A stretch of 64,000 nucleotides of DNA from Candidatus Ornithoclostridium excrementipullorum. Its GTDB lineage: Bacteria; Bacillota; Clostridia; Christensenellales; UBA3700. The stretch is from the NCBI GenBank assembly GCA_018716085.1, contig DVKK01000044.1, positions 5,106 through 69,105 of the forward strand, read 5' to 3'. Below, piece by piece: positions 37,276-47,616 of the stretch. The stretch's first letter is position 1. Every line of letters begins with the position of its first letter. The notes beneath the pieces were generated by a model. That model worked only from the letters and a program-made list of their open reading frames with translations. It was not told the origin of the DNA and did no database searches. A program made the position numbers and the translations under genes.

Positions 37276-38811
37276 TTATGCTACGCCGAATACGGAAAGC
37301 AGTACGCCTGCCGCGACTGCGCTGCCGATGACGCCTGCGACGTTGGGTCCCATCGCGTGCATGAGCAGATAGTTCTGCGGATTCTCTTCCTGTCCGACGT
37401 TATGCGATATTCTCGCAGCCATGGGAACGGCGGAAACGCCTGCCGAACCGATGAGCGGATTGACCTTACCTTTGCTGGTAATGTACATGAGTTTGCCGAT
37501 GAGCAGACCGCCGAGCGTACCGAATGCGAACGCAAAGATACCGATGAGCAGTATTTTGAGCGTCTGCAAGTTGAGGAACACGTCCGCGGTAGCCTTGGTA
37601 CCGACCAACACGCCGAGCAATATCGTGATGATATTGATGAGCTCGTTTTTAGCCGTATTGGTGAGCCTGGGCACGACCTCCGATTCCTTGAACAGGTTGC
37701 CGAGCATAAGCATACCGAGCAGCGGCACAGCACTGGGAAGTATGACGCCTACTACAAGCGTGACCGCAAGCGGGAACACGACTTTTTCGGTCTTGGATAC
37801 GGGGCGGAGCTGTTCCATTACGACGCTCCTCTCCTTCTTTGTCGTGACCAGCTTCATGATCGGCGGCTGGATCAGTTTTATCAAAGCCATGTACGAATAC
37901 GCCGCGACCGCGATTGACGGCAGCAAGTGCGCCGCAAGTTTGACCGTAACGTATATTGCGGTAGGACCGTCCGCGCCTCCGATTATAGCTATGGAAGCCG
38001 CTTCCTCGCCGGTGAATCCGATGTTGATCGCTATGATGAACGTGACGAATATACCCAGCTGAGCCGCCGCGCCCATGAGCAAACTCTTGGGGTTGGCGAT
38101 GAGCGGACCGAAGTCGGTCATTGCGCCGATACCGAGGAAGATAAGCGGCGGATAGATGACCCAGTCTACGCCCTTGTACAGGTAGTAGAACATACCGAAG
38201 TCGTCCACGGCTTCATAAGTATACGCGTAATTCGGGTCGATCTGCGCCACTCTTTCGCAGATAGCGGCAAGCTTGTCGGACAAGCTGACCATATCCACGT
38301 CGCCCGCAGTCTGGTAAACGATCCCGAACATCTCGTTGAGTTCGTTGATCGTGCCGGATATCGCCGAAGAATAAGCGTAGGTATAGCCCAGATCTCCCGT
38401 GATATAGTCTGTGACGATCTGCAGCTGCTGCGCCGCGGTAGTCCCGTCGGGCAGCGTGAGCCCGAATTGCTCCGCAAGCTGAGGTACGGTTCCCGCGATC
38501 AGTTGTTCTCCTGTATTGAAGAACATATACATCTGCTCTCCGTCGACCGTAAACGTATATCCGTACGTACCGTAAAGGATATTGTACGTCCCCGGTATGT
38601 TGATGATGAACATACCGAAACCTATCGCGAGCAGCAGATTGGGCTCGAACTCCTTATACACCGCGAGATAGATCAGAACGCACGCGATCACGAGCATGAT
38701 CAGGTTCTGCCACAGCGGCGTAAGCGAAGTCATGAAGCCCGTGCTGTTCCACAGGTTCTGAAGAGAGTCTACAAAGTCGAGAGACAGTATTGTAGATGAA
38801 AAGCCCAACAT
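37276..38811 (-). CDS. oadB: Na+-translocating decarboxylase beta subunit with large loop insertion
   Basis: EPNLLLAIGFG, GAMTDFGP, IIGGADGPT, AAYSYMAL, GSAGVSAVPMAAR, HAMGPNVAG. Confidence 0.94.
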   Translation of the reverse strand: MLGFSSTILSLDFVDSLQNLWNSTGFMTSLTPLWQNLIMLVIACVLIYLAVYKEFEPNLLLAIGFGMFIINIPGTYNILYGTYGYTFTVDGEQMYMFFNTGEQLIAGTVPQLAEQFGLTLPDGTTAAQQLQIVTDYITGDLGYTYAYSSAISGTINELNEMFGIVYQTAGDVDMVSLSDKLAAICERVAQIDPNYAYTYEAVDDFGMFYYLYKGVDWVIYPPLIFLGIGAMTDFGPLIANPKSLLMGAAAQLGIFVTFIIAINIGFTGEEAASIAIIGGADGPTAIYVTVKLAAHLLPSIAVAAYSYMALIKLIQPPIMKLVTTKKERSVVMEQLRPVSKTEKVVFPLAVTLVVGVILPSAVPLLGMLMLGNLFKESEVVPRLTNTAKNELINIITILLGVLVGTKATADVFLNLQTLKILLIGIFAFAFGTLGGLLIGKLMYITSKGKVNPLIGSAGVSAVPMAARISHNVGQEENPQNYLLMHAMGPNVAGVIGSAVAAGVLLSVFGVA

Positions 38812-38823
38812 TATGCCACCTCG

Positions 38824-39216
38824 TTAAGCTATCGTGCAGAGAACTGTTCCGGTGTCTATGTTGGAGCCTTCGGTTACGCTGTAAGTGATTACGCCGTCTT
38901 TCGTCGCGACGATCGGCGTGTCCATTTTCATTGCTTCGAGAATGACTATCGTATCGTTCTTCTTCACGCTTGCGCCGCTTGCGAAGCAGAGCTTTTTGAC
39001 CAGTCCGGGCATCTGCGTCTTGACGGGTTCGCCCGCGCCTGCGGCCTTGGGTGCCGGAGCCGGAGCGGGAGCAGCCTGCGCCGCGGGAGCGGGAGCAGCC
39101 TGAGGTGCCGGAGCCGGAGCAACGGGCGCCGCAACGGGAGCAACGGCGGCTCCGCCGATCTCCTCTACTTCTACGGCATAGGTCCTGCCGTTTACGGTAA
39201 CGTTGAATTTACGCAT
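38824..39216 (-). CDS. Biotin carboxyl carrier protein
   Basis: Ala/Pro linker, EAMKM biotinylation motif. Confidence 0.93.
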   Translation of the reverse strand: MRKFNVTVNGRTYAVEVEEIGGAAVAPVAAPVAPAPAPQAAPAPAAQAAPAPAPAPKAAGAGEPVKTQMPGLVKKLCFASGASVKKNDTIVILEAMKMDTPIVATKDGVITYSVTEGSNIDTGTVLCTIA

Positions 39217-39231
39217 GATCTTATCCTCTTT

Positions 39232-39699
39232 TTATTTGATTTCCTTTATGGAACGAACTCTGAAAGGCAGTTCGCTCATTTCCACGGGAGCAGCCGCCCC
39301 GCAGTAATATGCCGTTATCGCCGCGGTTATCGCAACGACGATCTCCTCTTCTTCCTGCGCCGCCCGCAGAGCCTCCGCCTCTTCGGCAAAGCGCTGCTCT
39401 TCTTCGCGCTTCTCTTCTTTCACGGCCTCGACCGCGTTTTTCTTCGCCAGCTTCTCGGGCAAAGCGATCAGAAGTTCCACCAGCTTGATGCATCCTATAA
39501 GGACGAACAGCACTATGAACACCATCGCGAGTCCGAGCACGAACACGAGCAGACCGGTGACGAGCCTGTCTCCGAAGTTCATGTCGGCTATGCCGAGCGA
39601 GTCCGGATCTCCCGTGACCTCGCAAGCCGCCGCAAACGTCATCATGAAGATGGCGACCAGAAGAGTCAGAAGTATTAACGCAACTCTTTTATTCTTCAT
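39232..39699 (-). CDS. OadG/MmdD-family decarboxylase anchor subunit
   Basis: GLAMVFIVL TM, EEEIVVAITAAI, FRVRSIK C-terminus; extra N-terminal signal peptide. Confidence 0.85.
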   Translation of the reverse strand: MKNKRVALILLTLLVAIFMMTFAAACEVTGDPDSLGIADMNFGDRLVTGLLVFVLGLAMVFIVLFVLIGCIKLVELLIALPEKLAKKNAVEAVKEEKREEEQRFAEEAEALRAAQEEEEIVVAITAAITAYYCGAAAPVEMSELPFRVRSIKEIK

Positions 39700-39709
39700 A
39701 TCCACTCCG

Positions 39710-41116
39710 TCAGACGCCCATGAGCATCATCAGCGCGGAAGCGAGATAAGGTCTCAGATTCTTGGCGTCGACGACGTTGTCCACATAGCCTTCCTGCGCC
39801 GCGATCATCGGATCCGACTCGATCTTCGCGTATTTGTCTTCGAGTTTCGCTCTCGCCTTGGACAGATCCTTGTCCTTTGCCGCGGACAGCTGATCCGCCA
39901 TGAGGACATCCACCGCAGCGGCGGGTGCGAGCGGAGATATGCTCGCTTTATCGGTCGCGAGCGTATAGTCGAAGCCGATGCCCTTGCTCATCAGAGCGGC
40001 ATAACCCGCGCCGACTGCCTTGCCGACGGCAACGCCTATCTTGTCTACCGAACTGCCCGCTATCGCCGCGAACATTTCGGCGGCGACTTTGGCGGCGCCC
40101 GCTTTCTCTTCTTCCAGAGTGGTGTTGAAGCCCAACGAATCGACCAACGTGATCAACGGCAGATCGAACGCTTCGAGTTTATCGACGAAAGCCGTGATCT
40201 TCTTCGCGCCTTCGAGCGAAAGGTATCCCTTGTTGACGGAAGGATCGGTCGCAACGATGCCGACGCTCATGCCGTTGACGGAAGTGAATGCGCATACAGC
40301 TTCTTTTGCCCATTCGGCGCAGTATTCGACGAAATTACCGTCGTCGCATACGGCCTTGACCGCGTCTTTCGCGGAAACGCCTTTGGCAAGAGCGGAGCTG
40401 ACTCTGTTGGGGTCGTCGGTTGTTTCGACCTCCCCGAAAAGAATGTTCGCAAGTCCGACAAGCTGCTTTTTGAGATCCGCCTCGCTCTTATAGAAGAATT
40501 GAGCCGCGTCCGCGCCCGCCTTGTGCGCGTCGTAGCCCAACAACTTGTTGAGAGCGGGATACTCCTTCTGCGTGGAAGCCAAATACATCGGCGAATCGAG
40601 CGAAAGCACGGCGTCTTTGGACATAAACGTGAAATCCGCCATTGCCGCAAACGCGGACATCATGCCGACGGCGTTGCCTTTGACTATGCAAAAATGCGGG
40701 ACTTGTCCCGAAACGATTGCGGCTTCCGCCAGCACCGACGCGTAACCTTCGAGCACGCCGACTCCCTCGCCTATCCTCGCTCCTCCGCAATCGATCACGG
40801 AAATAAGCGGCGTGCCGGTCTTTACGGCGCGTCTCATGCACTTGACGATCTTGTCGGCATGAGCCTTTCCGAGACTGCCTTTAAGCACTTCCGCATTTTG
40901 CGCGAAGATATGGACGGGCTTGCCGCCGAGAGTCGCGTAACCTGTCACGACGCCCTCGCCCAAAGCCGCGGCAGCGTCTTCGAACGTATTGCCTGTGACG
41001 AACACGTCCGTCTCGACGAAGCTCGCCTTGTCGGTAAGCGCGTCGATAAACTTCTTTATCGATGCGGTGGCCTTGCCGATGGCTTCGGAGCTGACAATGA
41101 CTTTGCCGTTCTCCAT
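39710..41116 (-). CDS. Acyl-CoA carboxyltransferase (MmdA/PccB-like, divergent)
   Basis: EGVVTGY, DCGGARIGEG, LPLITLVD, AAQEGYVD. Confidence 0.88.
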   Translation of the reverse strand: MENGKVIVSSEAIGKATASIKKFIDALTDKASFVETDVFVTGNTFEDAAAALGEGVVTGYATLGGKPVHIFAQNAEVLKGSLGKAHADKIVKCMRRAVKTGTPLISVIDCGGARIGEGVGVLEGYASVLAEAAIVSGQVPHFCIVKGNAVGMMSAFAAMADFTFMSKDAVLSLDSPMYLASTQKEYPALNKLLGYDAHKAGADAAQFFYKSEADLKKQLVGLANILFGEVETTDDPNRVSSALAKGVSAKDAVKAVCDDGNFVEYCAEWAKEAVCAFTSVNGMSVGIVATDPSVNKGYLSLEGAKKITAFVDKLEAFDLPLITLVDSLGFNTTLEEEKAGAAKVAAEMFAAIAGSSVDKIGVAVGKAVGAGYAALMSKGIGFDYTLATDKASISPLAPAAAVDVLMADQLSAAKDKDLSKARAKLEDKYAKIESDPMIAAQEGYVDNVVDAKNLRPYLASALMMLMGV

Positions 41117-41177
41117 ATTCAATCCTCCATTATGCCGGTTGGCATATATTAAAATTATCTTAATTTACACCATAAGC

Positions 41178-41250
41178 ATTATATATTAATACGCGGTGCG
41201 TTTGCAACTAAATCGGCGTTAAAAATTTACCACTTTGATTAATTTTTAAC
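41178..41250 (-). promoter_or_regulatory. Decarboxylase operon promoter plus upstream inverted repeat
   Basis: TTGCAA-18 nt-TATAAT; perfect IR GTTAAAAATT-13-AATTTTTAAC at 41218-41250. Confidence 0.55.
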
Positions 41251-41362
41251 ATATCTTCGGAGCGGTTCGCGGAGCACGTAAAAAGCGCGGATATCGCTGT
41301 ATCCGCGCCGAAAAAAACCGTTTTGAGATATGCCGTATCGCGCCCTTATCCACGCGTCGGAG

Positions 41363-42004
41363 TCAAGTCGTCCGATCGCTTTCGATAGGGGCCCCGTCAA
41401 CGGGCATTGAGTCGGGATCTTCTTCCAGAAACACGTCCATTTTTGACAAAACGGCTTCGAGCCCGAGCTTTGCCGACGAGGATACCGGGGTAATATCCGC
41501 CTGTCCCATCGCGAAAGCGTTTGCGATGACTCTGAGCTGCTTTCTTACTCTTTCTTTGGACAGCTTGTCCGCCTTTGTCGCTATCACGAAAAAAGGTATC
41601 GCATTGTGATGGAGATAGGCTATCATCTGCTTATCCAACGCCGTAGGTTCGTGCCTTATATCGACCAGCACGGCAACGCAGCACAGGCGCTCGTCCTCGG
41701 CGAGATAGCCGTCTATCATCGCCCCCCAGCGGCGCCTTTCGGCGTCCGACGCCTTTGCGAATCCGTATCCCGGAAGATCGACGAGATAGAACTCTCCGCC
41801 GTTCACTTCGAAAAAGTTGAGAAGTTTCGTCTTCCCGGGCGTCGACGACGTCTTTGCGATGCCGTTCGTATTGGCGAAATAATTGATGAACGAGCTCTTC
41901 CCTACGTTCGATCTTCCCGCAACGGCTATCCTCGGGACGTCCGCGATCGCCGAAGGATCGAACTTCGCCATGGAGAGCGCGAATTTTACGTTTTTGACTT
42001 TCAT
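41363..42004 (-). CDS. engB: Ribosome biogenesis GTPase YsxC/EngB
   Basis: GRSNVGKSS, DLPGYG, TKADK. Confidence 0.95.
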   Translation of the reverse strand: MKVKNVKFALSMAKFDPSAIADVPRIAVAGRSNVGKSSFINYFANTNGIAKTSSTPGKTKLLNFFEVNGGEFYLVDLPGYGFAKASDAERRRWGAMIDGYLAEDERLCCVAVLVDIRHEPTALDKQMIAYLHHNAIPFFVIATKADKLSKERVRKQLRVIANAFAMGQADITPVSSSAKLGLEAVLSKMDVFLEEDPDSMPVDGAPIESDRTT

Positions 42005-44238
42005 TGTCTTGCTCCGTCGCCGAACGCCTGCTCGAAAACTTCGGAGATAGCGCTTACCGGCACTATCTCGAACGCGCTCTTTACGTTGTCGGGAAGCTCG
42101 GAAGCCTCTGCGGCGTTGTCCTCGGGTATAATGACTTTTTTCATGCCCGCGCGCTTTGCGGCAAGAAGTTTTTCTTTCAGTCCGCCTATCTTCAAGACCT
42201 TACCGCTCAGAGTCAGCTCTCCCGTCATCGCGAGTCCGTCGCTGACCTTTCTGTCGGTAAAAGCCGAGTCCAAGGCCGTAGCCAGAGCTATTCCCGCGGA
42301 CGGGCCGTCTTTCGGCGTGGCGCCGGCTGGTACGTGGATATGCACGTCTATATCGGACAAGCCTCTGCCCGTCTCGCTTCTGACGACCGACAAAGCTATT
42401 TTCGCTGATTCCTTCATCACGTCTCCCAAACTGCCCGTCAATATCAGATCGCCTTTTCCGGACGGGACGAGTTTGACCTCTATCGGAAGCGTCACGCCTC
42501 CCGCCGCCGTCCACGCGAGACCGTTCACGCAGCCGATCTCGCCGTCCGTCCTCTCGTCTTTTTCGGAATATGGCGGCAGACCGAGCAATTCCGAGACCGT
42601 CCTCGCGTCCACCTTCCTTTCGGACGGCAGCCCTTTCGTCAGCGCTTCCGTCGTTATCTTGCGGCATACGGAACCTATCTTTCTTTCCAGTTCGCGCACT
42701 CCCGATTCGCGCGTGTATCCTCTTATTATCAGGTCGACGGCATCGTCGAGGAAAGTGACTTCTTCGGGGAGCAATCCGCACGCCTCGAGCTGTTTCGGAA
42801 TGAGATATTTTTTCGCTATCGCGAGCTTCTCGTCCTCGGTGTATCCGCTCATCTCTATCACTTCCATGCGGTCGAGAAGCGGCTTCTGGATCGTGGAAGT
42901 CGTGTTCGCCGTAGCGATGAAAAACACCTTGGACAGATCGTAAGGCAGTTCGAGATAATTATCTCTGAACGCGCCGTTCTGCGCGGGATCGAGCACTTCG
43001 AGCAGTGCGCCGGACGGATCTCCGCGCATATCGCTGGTCAGTTTGTCGACTTCGTCGAGCAAAAACAGCGGATCGGAACTCTTCGCGCCCGCAAGCTCGG
43101 AGATTATCCTGCCCGGCATCGCTCCGATATACGTCTTGCGGTGCCCTCTTATTTCCGCTTCGTCGTGTATGCCGCCGAGGCTTATATGGATATATTCTTT
43201 ACCGAGCGCGCGCGCGATCGACTTCGCCACCGAAGTCTTGCCTACGCCCGGAGCGCCCACAAGACAGAGTACGGGGGCCGTCTTTCCTCCCGTCCTGCGC
43301 ATCACGGCAAGATATTCTATCACGCGCTTTTTAACGTCTTCTATCCCGTAATGGTCTTCGTCGAGAACGCGTCTGACTTCTTCGAGATCCACGGTCGCGC
43401 CTCTGTAAACGTTCCACGGCAGCGACACGGCGGTTTCGAGATAGTTTATCAGCTGCGAATATTCGGGAGACGACACCGGCATGCGCGCGCATCTGCGAAG
43501 ATCCTTGTTGAGTTTCGCCTTGACCTCGTCCGAAGCCGCAAGAGCGTTCACTTTTTCGGTAAGATCCTTGATATCTTCGTTCTCCTCGTCCTGCGCCTCG
43601 AGCTTTTTCTTTATGCTCTCTTTTATGTTTCTGGCCTTGGCGTCGAGTTCGGCAAGATCGTCGCATATGTATTTTGCGCGGCGCAATATGTCGTCCTCTT
43701 CGAGGATGCGGCGGCGCCTGCACGGATACAGATTTGCTATCAGACCGCATATCTCGTCAAAGGATCCCATCTCCGACGCGTCTTTGAGGACCTTCTCTCC
43801 CGCAATGCCGGACACCTTGAGCGGCGCGACGAGTTTCAGCTTTTCGAGAACGGCTTTACGCGCAAAGGCGATTTTGAGCGGAGGAGCCGACGGATAAGGA
43901 TATTCGTCGAATTCCCCGGTTATCGTCCCGCTTTCGCTATCCTGTTCGAGAGATATCACCTTTGCCCTTACGTCCGTCCTGGCGCGGAAGACGAGTTTGC
44001 CGTCTTCGGCAATGCTTTCCACCGTGCCTATCGTACAGATCTCGCGGCAATCCCTGCCCACCTCGGGAAGCTCTCCCTCGACTGCCTTGGAGTCCACGGT
44101 CACGAACGCCAGCTTCCCGACGGGCCCCGCAAATATCTTGCCGAGAGCGCTGCGCATTTCTTTGTGCGCAGGCGAAATCGCAGCCGTCTGTCCCGGCAGG
44201 AACGTTTCGTCTTTCATAAACAACACGGGTAATTTCAT
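42001..44238 (-). CDS. lon: Lon protease
   Basis: GAPGVGKTS, LLDEVDK, PKDGPSAG, GGLKEK. Confidence 0.95.
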   Translation of the reverse strand: MKLPVLFMKDETFLPGQTAAISPAHKEMRSALGKIFAGPVGKLAFVTVDSKAVEGELPEVGRDCREICTIGTVESIAEDGKLVFRARTDVRAKVISLEQDSESGTITGEFDEYPYPSAPPLKIAFARKAVLEKLKLVAPLKVSGIAGEKVLKDASEMGSFDEICGLIANLYPCRRRRILEEDDILRRAKYICDDLAELDAKARNIKESIKKKLEAQDEENEDIKDLTEKVNALAASDEVKAKLNKDLRRCARMPVSSPEYSQLINYLETAVSLPWNVYRGATVDLEEVRRVLDEDHYGIEDVKKRVIEYLAVMRRTGGKTAPVLCLVGAPGVGKTSVAKSIARALGKEYIHISLGGIHDEAEIRGHRKTYIGAMPGRIISELAGAKSSDPLFLLDEVDKLTSDMRGDPSGALLEVLDPAQNGAFRDNYLELPYDLSKVFFIATANTTSTIQKPLLDRMEVIEMSGYTEDEKLAIAKKYLIPKQLEACGLLPEEVTFLDDAVDLIIRGYTRESGVRELERKIGSVCRKITTEALTKGLPSERKVDARTVSELLGLPPYSEKDERTDGEIGCVNGLAWTAAGGVTLPIEVKLVPSGKGDLILTGSLGDVMKESAKIALSVVRSETGRGLSDIDVHIHVPAGATPKDGPSAGIALATALDSAFTDRKVSDGLAMTGELTLSGKVLKIGGLKEKLLAAKRAGMKKVIIPEDNAAEASELPDNVKSAFEIVPVSAISEVFEQAFGDGARQ

Positions 44239-44258
44239 ATCGATCCGTCCTAATATCG

Positions 44259-44288
44259 AAAAATGCGAACGGCCCTCGGCCGTTCGCA
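44259..44288 (-). terminator. Intrinsic terminator between clpX and lon
   Basis: Perfect 11-bp stem TGCGAACGGCC-CTC-GGCCGTTCGCA plus U5. Confidence 0.7.
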
Positions 44289-44293
44289 CCGCG

Positions 44294-45523
44294 TCACGCG
44301 CTCTTGCGTATCACGGTAGGTTTCTCTTTCATCTGCGCGCAGTCTTTGGTGATCACTATCTTCTCGACCGATTTGTCGCCGGGCGCGTCGAACATCACGT
44401 CGAGCATGATATTCTCGACAATGGATTTGAGTCCTCTTGCTCCCGTCTTCATCCTGACCGCCTGAGCGGCTATCTCGCGCAGTGCGCCGTCGGTGAATTC
44501 AAGATCCACGTCGTCTCCCGCGAACATCGCCTTATATTGTTTGACGAGCGCGTTCTTGGGTTTTACGAGAATGTTGACGAGCGCGTTCTCGTCGAGAGCG
44601 TCGACCGACACCACGACGGGGACTCTTCCTACGAATTCGGGGATAAGACCGAACTTGATCAGATCGTCGGGTTTGACGTCGTTGCATATCTGCCCGTAGG
44701 TCTGATTGCTCGTGCCCTTGACCTGCGCGCCGAATCCGAGCGCGGAGCCCTGCTTGCGCTTTTCCACGATCTTCTCGAGTCCGACGAAAGCGCCGCCGCA
44801 GATGAACAGTATGTTTGTCGTGTCGATCTGTATGCAATCCTGCTGAGGATGCTTTCTTCCGCCGTTGGGCGGAACGTTTGCGACCGTGCTTTCGAGTATC
44901 TTGAGAAGAGCCTGTTGCACGCCCTCGCCCGAAACGTCGCGCGTTATGGACATATTCTCGCCTTTTTTCGCGAGTTTGTCCACCTCGTCGATGTAGATTA
45001 TGCCGACCTGAGCTTTCTTGATGTCGTAATCGGCTTTCTGGATGAGTTTGAGCAATATGTTCTCCACGTCGTCGCCGACGTATCCCGCTTCGGTGAGCGA
45101 CGTCGCGTCGACTACCACGAAAGGCACGTCGAGGATCTTAGCCAACGTACTCGCGAGCATTGTCTTGCCGCATCCCGTGGGACCGAGCAGCAAAACGTTG
45201 CTCTTTTCCAATTCCACGTCGCCGCCGGTATTGCAATGGAGCCGTCTGTAATGGTTGTAGACCGCGACCGACAGCACCTTTTTCGCCTGATCCTGCCCGA
45301 TGATATATTCGTCGAGTTTCGCCTTGATCTCCTTGGGCGTAGGCACGTTCACGTCAACGCTCTCATCGCTCTTCGCCGAATAGTCGTGAAGCATATGCTC
45401 GCACAGCGTAACGCACTCGTTGCAGATACATACGCCGTTCGCTCCCGTAAAGAGCCTTTCGACCTGATCGGCGGTCTTATTGCAGAACGAACAACGCGCG
45501 TTGAAATTCATTTCGTCGCTCAT
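44294..45523 (-). CDS. clpX: ATP-dependent Clp protease ATPase subunit
   Basis: CSFC..CNEC zinc finger, [20 protein letters not shown] loop. Confidence 0.97.
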   Translation of the reverse strand: MSDEMNFNARCSFCNKTADQVERLFTGANGVCICNECVTLCEHMLHDYSAKSDESVDVNVPTPKEIKAKLDEYIIGQDQAKKVLSVAVYNHYRRLHCNTGGDVELEKSNVLLLGPTGCGKTMLASTLAKILDVPFVVVDATSLTEAGYVGDDVENILLKLIQKADYDIKKAQVGIIYIDEVDKLAKKGENMSITRDVSGEGVQQALLKILESTVANVPPNGGRKHPQQDCIQIDTTNILFICGGAFVGLEKIVEKRKQGSALGFGAQVKGTSNQTYGQICNDVKPDDLIKFGLIPEFVGRVPVVVSVDALDENALVNILVKPKNALVKQYKAMFAGDDVDLEFTDGALREIAAQAVRMKTGARGLKSIVENIMLDVMFDAPGDKSVEKIVITKDCAQMKEKPTVIRKSA

Positions 45524-45530
45524 CCGCACC

Positions 45531-46118
45531 TCATCTCTTATAGTAGATCTTGTCGATCAAGCCGTATTCCAGCGCCTCTTCCGCGGAGAGATAGTTGTCC
45601 CTGTCGGTATCGGCGATGACTTTATCGAACGGCTGTCCGCAATTTTCCGCGAGAATGCGGGCCATCTTCTCCTTGGTGCGCTGGATATGGTTGGCGACGA
45701 TGACGATATCGGACGCCTGTCCCTGCGCTCCGCCGAGAGGCTGATGGATCATGATCTCGCTGTTGGGAAGTGCGAATCTCTTGCCCTTCGTGCCCGAAGA
45801 CAGAAGGAACGCGCCCATGCTCGCAGCCATACCCACGCAGATAGTATTGATGTCGCACTTTACGTAGTTCATCGTATCGTATATCGCAAGTCCCGCGCTT
45901 ACGCTGCCGCCGGGGCTGTTGATATAGATGCTGATATCCTTGTCTGCGTCCTTTGCCTCGAGAAAGATGAGCTGAGCGACCACGCTGTCGGCGGTCTGAT
46001 CGGTGATCTCTCCCGTGATGAATATTATTCTGTCCTCGAGCAGGCGCGAGTATATGTCGTACGCGCGCTCGCCCGCTTCGGTTTTGTCTATGACTGTAGG
46101 AATAAGCAAATTCTTCAT
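45531..46118 (-). CDS. clpP: Clp protease proteolytic subunit
   Basis: [26 protein letters not shown]. Confidence 0.97.
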   Translation of the reverse strand: MKNLLIPTVIDKTEAGERAYDIYSRLLEDRIIFITGEITDQTADSVVAQLIFLEAKDADKDISIYINSPGGSVSAGLAIYDTMNYVKCDINTICVGMAASMGAFLLSSGTKGKRFALPNSEIMIHQPLGGAQGQASDIVIVANHIQRTKEKMARILAENCGQPFDKVIADTDRDNYLSAEEALEYGLIDKIYYKR

Positions 46119-46161
46119 ATTGACAATCTCCTTTTCCGTTTTGCCGCAAAGCGGCTTACCG

Positions 46162-47460
46162 TCACGCCTTCTCGGTCTTGACGGTGTTGTTCTCTTTCAG
46201 ATATGCGAAGACCTTTTTGGTAGTAAGTATGCTCTTCGCGTAATCGGCATACTGGGGCGGCACGTCGGACACGGTCTTGTATTCCTTAGCCGCTTCGCCG
46301 AGCTGTTCGGCAAGATAAGCCATGATCTCGTCGTCGGTCACGTCGATGGCGGGCAGCTGCTTTATCACCTCTTCCATGACGAGTCTGTACTTGACCGCCT
46401 TGGCGGAAGAATCGTGGTAACGTTTGAGCAGATCTTCCTCGGTGGAGCCGGTGAACTTGTAGTAGTCGTTGATGTTGAGCCCCTGATACTGCAACTGATA
46501 GGAGAACTCGTCTATCTTGCGCTTGCTCTCTTCGACGATCATGCACTCGGGGATCTCCGCTTCGGACGCGTCGGCGACGGCGTCGATGATGGAATTCTCG
46601 AGTTCTTCGTCCGCCTTCTCCTCGTTCTGAGCGGCGAGTCTGTCGCGTACGCTCTTCTTGTACTCGTCCACGGTGTCGCACTCGGAAATATCCTTGACGC
46701 TTTCGTCGTCCAGTTCGGGAACGACTTTGACGGTCGCTTCGTGAACGGTAACGGTGAACACAGCCTCTTTACCCGCAAGGCTCTTCTCGTGATAGTCTTC
46801 GGGGAAAGTGACCTTGATATCCTTGGTCTCTCCCACATTCATGCCCACCATCTGTTCCTCGAAGCCGGGAATGAACGTATGGCTGCCTATGACGAGCGTC
46901 TGCTTCTCCGCCGTGCCACCGTCGAATTTCACGCCGTCTACGCTGCCGCTGTAATCGATGAGGGTCTTGTCTCCGTCCGCGACCGCTCTGTCCTTGACGG
47001 GCTCCCAGCTTCCGGCGTTTTCGAGCGCCTGCTTTATCTCGGCGTCGACGTCGCCGTCGGTCACTTCCTTTACCTTCTTGACGAACTCGAGTCCGGTGAA
47101 CTTGCCCAGCTTCACCTGCGGCTTGAGCTGTACGGTGGCGGTATACTTGAACGTGCTGTCGCTCACCGCGTCGATGTCGATCTCGGGGCTGTCCACGGGG
47201 AAAAGCTCCGTTTCCTTATCGAGTATTTCGCCGTATGTTTTCGGCAGGATTATATCCATAGCGTCTTCGAAAAATACGCCTACGCCGTATACGCTCTCGA
47301 TAACGCGTCTGGGCGCCTTTCCTCTGCGGAAACCTTCTATCTGATACTTATTCTTCGTCTTGTTGTATGCTTCGGTGATCGCGTCTTTCCATTCCTCCGC
47401 GCTGACTTCGACGGTGAATTTGACGCGGTCTTTCTCCAAAAGTTCCTTGGTGTAGTTCAT
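46162..47460 (-). CDS. tig: Trigger factor
   Basis: GFRRGKAP signature, FKBP domain FIPGFEEQ. Confidence 0.96.
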   Translation of the reverse strand: MNYTKELLEKDRVKFTVEVSAEEWKDAITEAYNKTKNKYQIEGFRRGKAPRRVIESVYGVGVFFEDAMDIILPKTYGEILDKETELFPVDSPEIDIDAVSDSTFKYTATVQLKPQVKLGKFTGLEFVKKVKEVTDGDVDAEIKQALENAGSWEPVKDRAVADGDKTLIDYSGSVDGVKFDGGTAEKQTLVIGSHTFIPGFEEQMVGMNVGETKDIKVTFPEDYHEKSLAGKEAVFTVTVHEATVKVVPELDDESVKDISECDTVDEYKKSVRDRLAAQNEEKADEELENSIIDAVADASEAEIPECMIVEESKRKIDEFSYQLQYQGLNINDYYKFTGSTEEDLLKRYHDSSAKAVKYRLVMEEVIKQLPAIDVTDDEIMAYLAEQLGEAAKEYKTVSDVPPQYADYAKSILTTKKVFAYLKENNTVKTEKA

Positions 47461-47492
47461 TGTAACCTCACAAAAAATTATTTGCAAGTAGT

Positions 47493-47556
47493 AGTTTAAC
47501 ACAATCGTCCGTTTATTGCAATTATTATTGCAAATAAATTACTTGTATTTTATAAT
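47493..47556. promoter_or_regulatory. Back-to-back sigma-A promoters for tig (-) and rqcH (+)
   Basis: Minus: TTGCAA(47516-21)-17-TAAACT; plus: TTGCAA(47528-33)-17-TATAAT. Confidence 0.65.
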
Positions 47557-47616
47557 AGTACCGTGGCGCGCCCGCCCGTCGGCATTACTGCGGGACAGAC
47601 GCGCCCCGGAGGATAA

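Noticed and set aside
39040-39155. Short GC-rich tandem repeats
   Set aside because: Encode the ordinary Ala/Pro linker of the biotin carrier
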